From positions 103,659 through 167,658 of the forward strand of contig JBAZLA010000002.1 of assembly GCA_041650515.1 (NCBI GenBank): a DNA stretch of 64,000 nt, written 5' to 3'. This document shows positions 1 to 9,698 of the stretch, piece by piece. This DNA is from Patescibacteria group bacterium. Its GTDB lineage: Bacteria > Patescibacteriota > Patescibacteriia > JACRDY01. The first letter of the stretch is position 1, and each line of letters opens with the position of its first letter. The translations under genes and the position numbers were made by a program. Below the pieces are notes generated by a model, which was not told where the DNA came from, ran no database searches, and saw only the letters and a list, made by a program, of their open reading frames with translations.

Positions 1-598
1 ACCTAAAGTCCACATCATCCCCGATCAAGCCATTAATGCTTTTGCTACTGGCCGCGACCCTCAACATGCTTCAATTGCGGTCACTCAGGGAGCAATCGCC
101 AAACTAGAGAACGAAGAACTAGAGGGGGTCATCGCCCACGAACTTTCACATATCAAAAATTATGACATCCGCCTAATGATGATTATTATTGTTTTGGTTG
201 GCCTAGTCGGCATCCTGGCTAATTTTATGTGGCGCGGCCAAATGTTTGGCGGCCGACGATCCAATAGCGACAATAACCGCGGTGGCGGAATTTTGATACT
301 AGTTGGGCTAATTCTATTAATCCTCTCTCCAATCATTAGCCAACTAATTCAATTAGCAATTTCGCGCAAACGAGAATTTCTCGCTGACGCCTCTGGCGCG
401 CTACTAACCCGCTATCCTGAAGGCCTGGCCCGCGCTCTAGAAAAAATAAAAATGGAAAACTTGCCAGTAGCCCGCGCTTCCTCGGGTACGGCTCATCTAT
501 ATATCGCTAGTCCCTTAAAAGGTAAATTGCTAACCAAGCTTTTTGCCACTCACCCACCGATTGACGAACGAATCGCCACCCTAAGACAAATGGCTTAA
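1..598 (+). CDS. htpX: Zinc metalloprotease HtpX (peptidase M48), 5'-truncated by window edge
   Basis: Frame entering at nt 2 translates PKVHIIPDQAINAFATGRDP...GVIAHELSHIKNYD (HExxH) followed by hydrophobic segments and C-terminal THPPIDERIATL typical of HtpX; stop at 598. Confidence 0.85.
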   Translation, partial: PKVHIIPDQAINAFATGRDPQHASIAVTQGAIAKLENEELEGVIAHELSHIKNYDIRLMMIIIVLVGLVGILANFMWRGQMFGGRRSNSDNNRGGGILILVGLILLILSPIISQLIQLAISRKREFLADASGALLTRYPEGLARALEKIKMENLPVARASSGTAHLYIASPLKGKLLTKLFATHPPIDERIATLRQMA

Positions 599-614
599 TT
601 AAAATAAAAAAATT

Positions 615-1316
615 ATGGAGACAATCAACAACTCAACGCCAGGGATTAAACTAAATTCTCTCTACCAACTTTTTGGCGCTACTTGGACTGTTTTTACCAC
701 CCACTTAAAACCATTACTCCTGATTAGTCTGTTCACTATTAGCCCGGCTATTGCTAACCAAATTCTGCTATCGATCTTTGGTGAACAACCACCCAGACCG
801 ATCGGCCTGATTTCATCCATCTTGATTGTTTTGAGTATCGCCACTAGTATCTGGGGCTCGATTGCCTTAATCACTTTTTTGAAAGAAAATGGTCAACTCA
901 ATATCAGCGACGCTTTTAACAAAAACGCTAATCTTTTTTGGGCCTATCTTTGGTTGATGATTATTGTTAGTCTAATCGTTCTCGGCGGTTTTGTATTATT
1001 AATTATTCCTGGCATCATCTGGGCGATCTACTTTTGTCTGGCTTCCTACTCTCTGGTCTGTGAAGGTATCCGTGGTTATGCCGCGGCTAAAAGAAGCAAA
1101 CAACTAGTCAAAGGTTATTGGTGGGCTGTTTTTGGCCGATTGTTCCTGCTTGGGCTAACACTTATCGCGATCTTTTTTGTCTTTTCACCCTTTATTATTC
1201 TTGGTGAAATATTTTATTCAATATTTATCTTAATAATCTCAGTATTAATAACCCCATTCTCGACTATCTACAGCTACCAAATTTATCTCAATTTGAAAGC
1301 GATTAAAGGTAACTAA
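615..1316 (+). CDS. polytopic integral membrane protein, unknown function
   Basis: 233-aa ORF with 5-6 long hydrophobic segments; immediately precedes clpC; no recognisable motif. Confidence 0.55.
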   Translation: METINNSTPGIKLNSLYQLFGATWTVFTTHLKPLLLISLFTISPAIANQILLSIFGEQPPRPIGLISSILIVLSIATSIWGSIALITFLKENGQLNISDAFNKNANLFWAYLWLMIIVSLIVLGGFVLLIIPGIIWAIYFCLASYSLVCEGIRGYAAAKRSKQLVKGYWWAVFGRLFLLGLTLIAIFFVFSPFIILGEIFYSIFILIISVLITPFSTIYSYQIYLNLKAIKGN

Positions 1317-1321
1317 TCTTA

Positions 1322-3808
1322 ATGTCCAACCACTTAACCAGTAAATTTACCGACCGTTTTAAAATGGCTCTAATTGAAGCTCATAACTTAGCTTTGAGCT
1401 TGCAACATGTCAAAATTAATCCCGAGCATTTACTCCACTCTTTGGTCAATCAAAACGGCGCTCTTAGTGCTGAGATATTAAAAAAATTCCAACTCAAAAC
1501 TAGCCAAATTGAAACGATGATTATTGCCAAAAATAAACGAGATGATAACCATAATCTAGTACCGACTATTTCTCCTGAAACTAAAAAAATTATTCAAAAG
1601 TCAGCGCTACTCGCTAGCCGGCTTAGGCATAAATATATCGGCACCGAGCATCTTCTTTTTGCCTTACTCCAAAGCGAAGATAAAACTGTCAAAAATATTC
1701 TGACTCAAAATAACGTCAATCTCGAAAGCCTAAAACATCAGGTAGAAGTTATTCTAAAAAGTACTTCCAAATTTCTGGATATCACAGCCGGCTTTAATCA
1801 ATCGGCTAACGAAGCTGAAGACGAATTAGAAAAACTACTGATGGGTAGCCTCCCTAAAACCGTGGCTAGCTTGGACCTTTTTACTACCGATCTGACCGAT
1901 CTATCAATCCAACAAAAAATCGACCCGGTAATCGGCCGCGAAGATGAAATCGAGCGCCTGATCCAGATCCTCGGCCGGCGCACCAAAAATAATCCCGTAC
2001 TCTTGGGCGACCCAGGCGTTGGCAAAACCGCCATTGTTGAAGGCCTGGCCAAAAAAATCGTCCGTGGCCAAGTACCGGATATGTTAATCAATAAAAAAAT
2101 ATTAACCCTCGATCTGGGTCTGGTTTTAGCTGGCACAATGTATCGCGGCGAATTTGAACAACGACTAAAACAAATCATTGACGAAATTAAAAAAGATCCC
2201 GACATTATTATCTTTATTGATGAAATCCATACCCTCACTGGCGCTGGGGCCAGTGCTGGCTCGCTCGATGCCGCTAATATTCTAAAACCCGCCCTGAGCC
2301 GCGGCGATATTCGCTGCATTGGTGCCACGACTCTCGAAGAATACCGCAAACATATTGAGTCGGATCCAGCCCTAGAACGTCGTTTCCAACCAATTATTAT
2401 CGAAGAACCAAATAAAATAAAAACAGAAGAAATCCTGCGGGGAATCAAAGAAAACTACGAGAAATACCATCAAGTTATAATCACTGACGAAGCAATCACC
2501 GCGGCCGTCCGTCTATCGGCGCGCTATATTCAAAATCGCTTCTTGCCAGATAAAGCGATTGACCTAATCGACGAAGCGGCTGCCAAATTAAAAATTAAAA
2601 AGGCCAACACCGGTAATATCAAAAAAATCAAAAAAATTGAACAAGGTTTAGAACTCCTACATAAAAAAAAGAAAGATCTGATCTTAGCTGAAAATTTCTC
2701 CGAAGCTTTAGAAATAAAAGAAGAAGAAAACCGAGTCTACCAAGAATTGCAGCAGCTCCAGGCCGAGCTTCAAAAACAAAAGAAAAAAACTCTGGGTAAA
2801 ATCACCGACCAAGATATTGCCGTTGTTGTCTCTAAGATGACCGGCATTCCCCTAACCGAACTAATCACGACCGAAAAAGACAAAATTTTGAATTTAGAAA
2901 AATTACTAAAAGATAAAATTATTAGCCAAGATGAGGCGATCAGAGAATTAAGTGAATCAATCCAGCGCTCCAGGACTGGCGTTGCTAACCAACGTCGGCC
3001 GATCGGCTCTTTTATCTTTTTGGGACCATCGGGCGTTGGCAAAACTGAATTAGCTAAAGTGCTGGCACAGATTCTCTTCGAGGATCGCAACGCTTTAGTC
3101 AAAATTGACATGTCCGAATTTAAAGAAAGTTTTAATGTTTCCAAGCTGATCGGTTCGCCACCCGGCTATGTCGGCTATAAAGAGAGCGGCCAGCTGACCG
3201 AAGCAGTGCGCCGTCGACCTTACTCAGTGATTTTGTTTGATGAAATCGAAAAAGCTCATCCAGAAATATTTAACATCTTGCTCCAGGTGATGGAAGACGG
3301 TGAATTAACCGACGCCACCGGCAAAAAAATAAATTTTAGAAACACCATCATTATTATGACCTCAAATGTTGGACTAAAAGATTTTGTCCAACAACGCAAA
3401 ATCGGCTTTGATGCTATTGCCCAAAATGATGATCTTTATGAAGAAATGAAGGGCTACTTGGAAAAAAGCCTTGAGGACCAATTTCGTCCGGAATTTTTGA
3501 ATCGCGTTGACAAAATTATTGTTTTTAAACCGCTTGATCATAATAGTCTACAAAAAATCGTTAAACTCCAATTAGCTGAGCTTAATAATCGCCTCAGTGA
3601 GCAAAATCTCAAGGTTCAAGCTGATCAAAAAGTTGTTAGTTTACTGGCGAGCCGTAATTTTAGTCCCGCCCAAGGCGCTCGGGCCGTCCGCAAAAATCTA
3701 CAAGAGCTAGTTGAAGGCCCGATCTCGACTGCCCTACTTAAGAACAAATTCAAAAAAAATGCTATAATAAAACTAAGAACCCAAGCTAACAAAATTATCT
3801 TAAATTAG
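1322..3808 (+). CDS. clpC: ATP-dependent Clp protease ATP-binding subunit, ClpC-type class I AAA+ chaperone
   Basis: Two N-terminal Clp_N repeats; AAA1 Walker [16 protein letters not shown]; short middle domain (about 100 aa, ClpC-like rather than ClpB); AAA2 [15 protein letters not shown], sensor/arginine finger region, 828 aa. Confidence 0.9.
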   Translation: MSNHLTSKFTDRFKMALIEAHNLALSLQHVKINPEHLLHSLVNQNGALSAEILKKFQLKTSQIETMIIAKNKRDDNHNLVPTISPETKKIIQKSALLASRLRHKYIGTEHLLFALLQSEDKTVKNILTQNNVNLESLKHQVEVILKSTSKFLDITAGFNQSANEAEDELEKLLMGSLPKTVASLDLFTTDLTDLSIQQKIDPVIGREDEIERLIQILGRRTKNNPVLLGDPGVGKTAIVEGLAKKIVRGQVPDMLINKKILTLDLGLVLAGTMYRGEFEQRLKQIIDEIKKDPDIIIFIDEIHTLTGAGASAGSLDAANILKPALSRGDIRCIGATTLEEYRKHIESDPALERRFQPIIIEEPNKIKTEEILRGIKENYEKYHQVIITDEAITAAVRLSARYIQNRFLPDKAIDLIDEAAAKLKIKKANTGNIKKIKKIEQGLELLHKKKKDLILAENFSEALEIKEEENRVYQELQQLQAELQKQKKKTLGKITDQDIAVVVSKMTGIPLTELITTEKDKILNLEKLLKDKIISQDEAIRELSESIQRSRTGVANQRRPIGSFIFLGPSGVGKTELAKVLAQILFEDRNALVKIDMSEFKESFNVSKLIGSPPGYVGYKESGQLTEAVRRRPYSVILFDEIEKAHPEIFNILLQVMEDGELTDATGKKINFRNTIIIMTSNVGLKDFVQQRKIGFDAIAQNDDLYEEMKGYLEKSLEDQFRPEFLNRVDKIIVFKPLDHNSLQKIVKLQLAELNNRLSEQNLKVQADQKVVSLLASRNFSPAQGARAVRKNLQELVEGPISTALLKNKFKKNAIIKLRTQANKIILN

Positions 3809-3830
3809 CCATAAATTTTAATATTGACTT

Positions 3831-5057
3831 ATGGGCGAGGCCGCTCTAAAACTCGATCCCGAAGAAGATAAAGATGCTCTAGCTAAACAATACCAACGCG
3901 ATCTCAATAAAGAGCGTGGCGGTAAAGTTTTGAATATCCAAGTCAAAATAACTAAACGCTCGACCGACCAAAATACTCATAATACAGAAGGATATCAAGA
4001 AGAAGAAGAAAATGCTGATTCAATGCCTGATAATGTCACTGATTTAGCAGACTGGCGAGGCCGAAAACAACAACCAGCCAACGCGCCTCAACAACCAGCT
4101 GAATCATCCGATAATCAGTCCCCCCAGTCGGAAAAGCCAAACCCAGAATCACCCCAGGATCAACCTTCTCCAGGCGATCAATCTTCCCCGGAAAAGCCAA
4201 ACCCAGAATCAAAACCAGAACCCTCAGAAGAGCCGGAGCAAGAATCTCCTCAAAATCAACCGCCTCCAGGCAGTCAACCTGCTCCAGAAGAGCCAAACTC
4301 AAAACCAGAATCAGACAAAGAGAACAAAGAAGAGAAGCAAAAACCACCAGCAGAAGAAAGTGAACAAGTGACTAGTGCCGAGGAAGAAAAAGAAAAAGCT
4401 AGACAAGTAAGTACTGACCAAAAAAAATCTAGATCAAAGATCAAAGAAAAAGCCAGCCAAATAGCTCAAGAAGCTGGTAAGGTACTAAGGGCTATAACCG
4501 GTGAAGCCCTGCGCCAATCTTGGTTAAATCTTATTGACTCAATCGGTTTGACGCTACTCTATATTTGGTTTCACCATTTTATGTATTATTGTGGTGGCCC
4601 GTTCAAATGGGTGTTCATGCAGCCAGGCCAAGAATGGTTCGCTCAGCTTAAACAAGAATTGGGCTTAGGCGCCGCTGGCGCTGGCGCTGGCGCCACCACC
4701 GCTGGCAGCCAACCCAAAGTGGAAACAGCCACCAAAACCACCACGGAAACTAGCGGTAAAAGCAACGGCCAAAGTGGCGACCAGGGGGCTGAAGGTGGTG
4801 ATGAGAACGAAGATGCTGGTGACGGCGAAGAAGGCTCGGGTGAAAGTGGCGTTAGTGACGTAGCGGCCAAAGCTTTAGAATACACCGAAGTCGGCGCGGC
4901 CTGTTGTGTGGCCGTAATTATCGCGGGGCTATTGGCAATAATTGTTGTTTTTATTTATTACCTAGCTAACCCAGCAGCGGCCATATTAGATGCTATTAAT
5001 TTTAGTTTTTCAATAATCTCTGGTGGCGGTACTGCTGGCGCCAGTGGCAGTTACTAA
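3831..5057 (+). CDS. Pro/Glu/Ser/Gln-rich low-complexity protein with C-terminal hydrophobic segments
   Basis: Long ORF; repeated EKPNPES-like units, acidic disordered region, C-terminal TM-like stretches (AACCVAVIIAGLLAIIVVFIYY); start uncertain. Confidence 0.5.
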   Translation: MGEAALKLDPEEDKDALAKQYQRDLNKERGGKVLNIQVKITKRSTDQNTHNTEGYQEEEENADSMPDNVTDLADWRGRKQQPANAPQQPAESSDNQSPQSEKPNPESPQDQPSPGDQSSPEKPNPESKPEPSEEPEQESPQNQPPPGSQPAPEEPNSKPESDKENKEEKQKPPAEESEQVTSAEEEKEKARQVSTDQKKSRSKIKEKASQIAQEAGKVLRAITGEALRQSWLNLIDSIGLTLLYIWFHHFMYYCGGPFKWVFMQPGQEWFAQLKQELGLGAAGAGAGATTAGSQPKVETATKTTTETSGKSNGQSGDQGAEGGDENEDAGDGEEGSGESGVSDVAAKALEYTEVGAACCVAVIIAGLLAIIVVFIYYLANPAAAILDAINFSFSIISGGGTAGASGSY

Positions 5058-5085
5058 TAAATAATTATATAACTAAATTAAAAAT

Positions 5086-6324
5086 ATGAGTGAAAAAATT
5101 AAAAAAATCATCTACGCCGCCCTCTTTATACTACTAACCCTACTTTTGGGCTATTTCCTCTATCTTTTCTTTTTTAAAACTTCCGCCCCTACTCAAACGC
5201 CAACCAACTTAAATGCCTTAAATTATGCTGGCGGCCTGCCTCAGGCTGGGACTAATACTAATCAACCAACCTACATTAATACCAACGGCCAACTAGTGCC
5301 GGCCACTAATGTCAACGCTTCGGCGGCTGGCGTCTCATCGGTTGCCCGTGGCGGTTTGACCCAGGTTACCAGCCTAACTACTACTGCTGCCCAGGGTTTC
5401 ACTTTGGCTAAAGATGGATCAGGCGCGATATACTACAACCGAACCGAAGGTAAATTTTATAAAATCGGCGCCGATGGCCAAACGACTTTATTGACCGACA
5501 AAATCTTTCATGATGTCGAAGATATCTATTGGTCGCCAGACACGGAAAAAGCCGTCTTAGAATATCCCGATGGCTCTAATATTGTCTACGATTTTAAAAG
5601 TAAAAAACAGTACACCTTACCGAAGCACTGGGAAGACTTTAGTTTTTCACCCAAAAGCGACCAGTTGGTTTTTAAAAGCATGGCTCTAGACGAAGAAAAC
5701 CGTTGGCTAGCTATTTCCAAGCCAGATGGCTCGGGTGTCCAAGCATTAGAAACCCTGGGCGACAACGCCGACAAAGTCTATATTGACTGGTCGCCCAATA
5801 AACAGATCATTGCCACCAACACCGAATCCATTGATTTTGATCGCCAGTATCTTTATTTTGTTGGTACCCAGCATGAAAATTTCCGTAGTACAATTATCGA
5901 AGGCTGGGACTACCGCAGCGAGTGGTCCACTAACGGCGACCGACTACTCTATAGTGTCTGGAACCAAGATAGCGACCTTAAGCCCAATATTTGGATTGTG
6001 AACGGCTACGGCGAAAATATCGGCACCAACCGAACTAATCTAAACTTACAAACCTGGGCCGATAAATGCACCTTTTCGGATAACAGCACCGTCTACTGCG
6101 CCGTTCCCCAATATCTACCTCGTGGCGCTGGTATCGAACCAGACATTGCTGCCAGCACGCCGGATGACTTTTATAAAATTGACCTCAAAACCAACACCAA
6201 AAGCCTGATTGCCGTACCCGATGGCACCTATACTGCCAAAGATTTGTCGGTTAGTAGCGATGGCAAATATCTCTACTTTATTGACGGCGTGACTGGCCGG
6301 TTAAATAAAATAGGATTAAAATAA
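5086..6324 (+). CDS. N-terminally membrane-anchored PD40/TolB-type WD40-like beta-propeller protein
   Basis: N-terminal TM helix then repeated PD40-like blades (IYWSPDTEKAVLEYPDGS, FSFSPKSDQLVF, IDWSPNKQIIA, SVSSDGKYLYFID); first gene of a co-directional operon with the four paralogs. Confidence 0.6.
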   Translation: MSEKIKKIIYAALFILLTLLLGYFLYLFFFKTSAPTQTPTNLNALNYAGGLPQAGTNTNQPTYINTNGQLVPATNVNASAAGVSSVARGGLTQVTSLTTTAAQGFTLAKDGSGAIYYNRTEGKFYKIGADGQTTLLTDKIFHDVEDIYWSPDTEKAVLEYPDGSNIVYDFKSKKQYTLPKHWEDFSFSPKSDQLVFKSMALDEENRWLAISKPDGSGVQALETLGDNADKVYIDWSPNKQIIATNTESIDFDRQYLYFVGTQHENFRSTIIEGWDYRSEWSTNGDRLLYSVWNQDSDLKPNIWIVNGYGENIGTNRTNLNLQTWADKCTFSDNSTVYCAVPQYLPRGAGIEPDIAASTPDDFYKIDLKTNTKSLIAVPDGTYTAKDLSVSSDGKYLYFIDGVTGRLNKIGLK

Positions 6325-6330
6325 AAACCT

Positions 6331-7449
6331 ATGAAAAATTTGCCGCCACCGCGCGTCAAAATAATCTATTTAGTTCTGGGCGCGATAATCTTTGGCATAA
6401 CATTATTAGCCGCTCCAGCGCTCGCCGAATGGACCGAAGCTTCTTGTGTCCAATCCGGCGGCTGGTGGTATTCGGATAATTGCTGGGCTAATAACCCGAT
6501 GATTAATCTGGAGATACCTTTTGGCGGACTGCCCGCCAGCGGCCGTATTGGCATTGCTCAATATATCGGCGCGATTTATAAATTTGGCGTCACAACAGCC
6601 AGCGTCTTGGCAATTGTCATGATTATTATCGGCGGATTTATTTGGCTAACTTCAGCTGGCAGTCAGACCCGAATTACCCAGGCTAAAGGCTATATCGGTG
6701 GCGCTCTGATTGGTCTAGTGCTCGCGCTTGGCAGTTACACTATTTTAAGATTAGTTAATCCAGCTTTAACTGAATTTCGTCCGCTGCGAGTTTTATATTT
6801 AGAAGAAGAAAAGGTTGATTCCGGCGCTAACTTTTGTCCAGCCTCAACCGAAGATATGCCCTTATTTGATCTCAATAAAAAGAAACAAAAAGTTGGTGAT
6901 AAAGGCGAATGCGGGCAAGATTATAAAGTTGGCGATGCCGAAGCAACCGGCACCTGTCCGGGCTCTCACTGCAGCGGTGGCGGCATCTGCCTAATGGACG
7001 CCTCTAAAGATCCCAAAACCCTGCCTGACGGCCGTAAACAAGCAGTCATGGCTTGCCAATACCCAGAAGATGCTTGCAATAAAGTAGTTGATGAGAAAGT
7101 TGGTAATTTAAGCTTACCAACAAGTCAAGGTGCTTGTGATCAAATTAATAACCAAATAGCTTGGAGTGTTAGTAACCCTACCGGTACCTGCCATTGGGTC
7201 GATGAACCATATTCTGATGATGCTTGTTACTGGTGTCCTGAGGATAAAGAAAAGGTCGTAGCAGACGATTTAAAATCAGGAAAAACAAAATGTGAAGATT
7301 TGAGTGTTGGTCGATTCACTGGGACAAAAGAAGAAGATGCTTGCAATATAACAGTTTGTTCAAAGAGTTGCAGTGTTTATGTTGGCAGACCATTTTGGGA
7401 AGGAGTGACCGGCACTCTAGCGAGTGAAGCCCGCTCACTATGTAAATAG
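6331..7449 (+). CDS. Secreted Cys-rich protein with conserved two-helix hydrophobic hairpin (VirB2/TrbC-like topology), paralog 1; Cys-rich C-terminal domain of unknown function
   Basis: Signal peptide/TM (IIYLVLGAIIFGITLLAAPALA), Cys/Trp-rich N-domain, conserved block IAQYIGAIYKFGVTTASVLAIVMIIIGGFIWLTSAGSQTRITQAKGYIGGALIGLVLALGSYTILRLVNPALTEFRPL shared with the next three genes. Confidence 0.7.
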   Translation: MKNLPPPRVKIIYLVLGAIIFGITLLAAPALAEWTEASCVQSGGWWYSDNCWANNPMINLEIPFGGLPASGRIGIAQYIGAIYKFGVTTASVLAIVMIIIGGFIWLTSAGSQTRITQAKGYIGGALIGLVLALGSYTILRLVNPALTEFRPLRVLYLEEEKVDSGANFCPASTEDMPLFDLNKKKQKVGDKGECGQDYKVGDAEATGTCPGSHCSGGGICLMDASKDPKTLPDGRKQAVMACQYPEDACNKVVDEKVGNLSLPTSQGACDQINNQIAWSVSNPTGTCHWVDEPYSDDACYWCPEDKEKVVADDLKSGKTKCEDLSVGRFTGTKEEDACNITVCSKSCSVYVGRPFWEGVTGTLASEARSLCK

Positions 7450-7451
7450 AT

Positions 7452-8447
7452 ATGCTATCTAGAAATAAAAAGAAAAAATACACCGCTATTATCCTTGTTA
7501 TTTTTATTGGCTTATTTCTAGCCGCTAACCTTGTTTTAGCAACAGACGAAACTCCGCCCAAATGGACTAAGGACGGCTGTGACCAGGCTGGCGGCTGGTG
7601 GTTTGAAAGTAACTGTTGGGCTAATAACCCCACCATCAACCTGGCTGTACCTTTTGGTGGTCTAAAACCAAATACAACTATTGGCATCGCCCAATATATT
7701 GGTGCAATCTACCGTTTTGGCATCAGCGCGGCCAGTGTCTTGGCGATTGTGATGATTATTATCGGCGGGTTTATCTGGCTAACTTCAGCTGGTAATCCCA
7801 CGCGCGTCACCCAAGCTAAAGGCTACATCGGCGGCGCTCTAGTAGGTCTGGTACTAGCCCTCAGCAGTTATTCCATTCTCAGAACTATTAACCCAGCCCT
7901 AACTGAATTTAGGCCATTACACATTCTCTATGTCGGCGAAGCACCATTGGCGATTGCCACCTGCTGTGAAAAAGACGGCCAAATGAATATTATTTATGAG
8001 GCAAACCAAGAATGCCCCGAGGGTCAAAAAAAAGTCACTTGCCCGTGCAAAGAATTAGCCGCTAACGAATGCCAAGCTGGCATGGTAAAATCAACTAATT
8101 CTGATAAAATTAAAACTGGCTGTTACTCCACTGGCACTTGGATGAATATCGGCGGTGTTTATACTGCTGGCGGACTCCGAACTTGCGCCGAGATAGAATA
8201 CGGTGAAGATTGTTCCAACTTTGGCGGATTATTTGGCGGCCAGGCCTGCCGTAACTACGGCAAAACTTTTACTCACAAAGGTGGCACGGGCATCGTGCCG
8301 GACTATCCTGATCTCTTTAAAAATATCTGCACTTCTGATCCTTGCCAGATCGGCCCCTGTAAGTTTGTACAAACATCCAAAGATAAGGATGGCGTTCTTC
8401 AAAAACTAAACTGGTGTATTGGCGCCAATGAACAACCGCCAGAATAG
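7452..8447 (+). CDS. Paralog 2 of the hairpin family; Cys-rich C-terminal domain
   Basis: Start 3 nt after paralog 1 stop; near-identical N-domain motif GGWWFESNCWANNPTINL and conserved hairpin block IAQYIGAIYRFGISAASVLAIVMIIIGGFIWLTSAGNPTRVTQAKGYIGGALVGL...NPALTEFRPL; divergent Cys-rich C-terminus. Confidence 0.7.
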   Translation: MLSRNKKKKYTAIILVIFIGLFLAANLVLATDETPPKWTKDGCDQAGGWWFESNCWANNPTINLAVPFGGLKPNTTIGIAQYIGAIYRFGISAASVLAIVMIIIGGFIWLTSAGNPTRVTQAKGYIGGALVGLVLALSSYSILRTINPALTEFRPLHILYVGEAPLAIATCCEKDGQMNIIYEANQECPEGQKKVTCPCKELAANECQAGMVKSTNSDKIKTGCYSTGTWMNIGGVYTAGGLRTCAEIEYGEDCSNFGGLFGGQACRNYGKTFTHKGGTGIVPDYPDLFKNICTSDPCQIGPCKFVQTSKDKDGVLQKLNWCIGANEQPPE

Positions 8448-8476
8448 TCACCGGTAGCTACCAACTTAAAATAAAT

Positions 8477-9688
8477 ATGTTTATCAAAAAACAAAAAATA
8501 AAACTAAGCCTAGTCACTTTTATCGCTCTGGCTAGTATTTTTGTTTATTTAGCGCCAGCTCTAGCTCAAAGCGGCGAGAACTGTTGTGTTTGTACTGATT
8601 TTGGTGGTAAAGACGTAAAATACGCTCCGGGCGTACCTGATGCTAACGGTAAATGCGACCAACATATCACCTACTCTACTGAGTGCTACGGTGAGGGCTG
8701 CGCCACTACCCCGGATAAAGTTTGCTCAGTCAAAGGTGGCAGCTGCAAAAGCTGGCAAGCGGCCATTGATAAAGTCTCGGGTGAAGAAGCAGCCAAAAAA
8801 GAACTATTACCAGCGACTCCCCCAGTTTTGCAAGTTAATATCCCCGGCCTCACTTTTACCGGCGAAATCAAAGCCACCATGGAAGAAATGGGTCGACGTT
8901 ATTATAATATTCCCTGGCTAGCTGAATATATCGGCGCGGTTTACCGTTTTGGTGTTAGCGTGGCTAGCGTCCTAGCAATCGTTATGATAATTATTGGTGG
9001 CTTTATCTGGATGACCTCGGCTGGTAACCAGGCCCGGATCACCCAAGCTAAGGGTTATATTAGCGGCGCGCTGATTGGCCTCTGTATTGCTTTGGGTAGC
9101 TACGGCGTTTTAAAAGTGGTTAACCCGGCCTTGGTCAATCTCCGGCCACTTAAGATACTGATGATTGAGTTTGAAGACCTAACTGGCGTCTCCACCAATG
9201 ATGATACGGCAGCTGCTAACCTTAGCTTTTCTCCTTCTACGCCGACCGGCGATACTCAACTCCTAAAGTTAAATAATTATAAGGGTCGACCAATTATATT
9301 AGATAAATCAATCGCCAACACAGTTCAACAGATTTTACAACAATTGATTGATGGCGGTTTTCAGGTAAAAGATGCCTCTAGCCATCGCCCCAATCAAGCT
9401 GGTTTTTCTTGGCATAAGTCCGGACTAGCTATTGATATTAATCCAGCTGAAAATCCATGCCCATGTTGCTATACTGGCACAGACTATAAACAATGCTCCT
9501 CTGATAAGTGGAAACCGGGAGTGGGTGGTGCCGTGACTAAAGAAGTAGTGGATGCCTTTAAAGCGCAAGGTTTCTGCTGGGGGGGAGATTGGTGTCATTT
9601 TAAGGATTACATGCATTTTTCGAAACCATCAAATAGCGCCAGCAAAGAGTGCGGAAACGGCGGAAATGGTTGTCCTTATCAGTGGTAA
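8477..9688 (+). CDS. Paralog 3 of the hairpin family with C-terminal peptidase M15 (VanY/phage L-Ala-D-Glu peptidase-like) peptidoglycan hydrolase domain
   Basis: Signal peptide, CCVC Cys-rich N-domain, conserved hairpin block (EYIGAVYRFGVSVASVLAIVMIIIGGFIWMTSAGNQARITQAKGYISGAL), then SSHRPNQAGFSWHKSGLAIDIN ... GFCWGGDWCHFKDYMHF matching Zn-binding S-x-H...D and WGGxW...DxxHF motifs of M15 peptidases. Confidence 0.75.
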   Translation: MFIKKQKIKLSLVTFIALASIFVYLAPALAQSGENCCVCTDFGGKDVKYAPGVPDANGKCDQHITYSTECYGEGCATTPDKVCSVKGGSCKSWQAAIDKVSGEEAAKKELLPATPPVLQVNIPGLTFTGEIKATMEEMGRRYYNIPWLAEYIGAVYRFGVSVASVLAIVMIIIGGFIWMTSAGNQARITQAKGYISGALIGLCIALGSYGVLKVVNPALVNLRPLKILMIEFEDLTGVSTNDDTAAANLSFSPSTPTGDTQLLKLNNYKGRPIILDKSIANTVQQILQQLIDGGFQVKDASSHRPNQAGFSWHKSGLAIDINPAENPCPCCYTGTDYKQCSSDKWKPGVGGAVTKEVVDAFKAQGFCWGGDWCHFKDYMHFSKPSNSASKECGNGGNGCPYQW

Positions 9689-9698
9689 AAATATATCT

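Noticed and set aside
1798-4347. Antisense ORFs inside clpC and the low-complexity gene (1798..2448-, 2770..3144-, 4036..4347-)
   Set aside because: They lie wholly inside strongly supported genes on the opposite strand, with no motifs; typical shadow ORFs
9552-9698. ORF-track start of paralog 4 at 9552
   Set aside because: It would overlap the last 137 nt of paralog 3 in another frame. ATG 9699 yields a canonical signal peptide homologous to that of paralog 3
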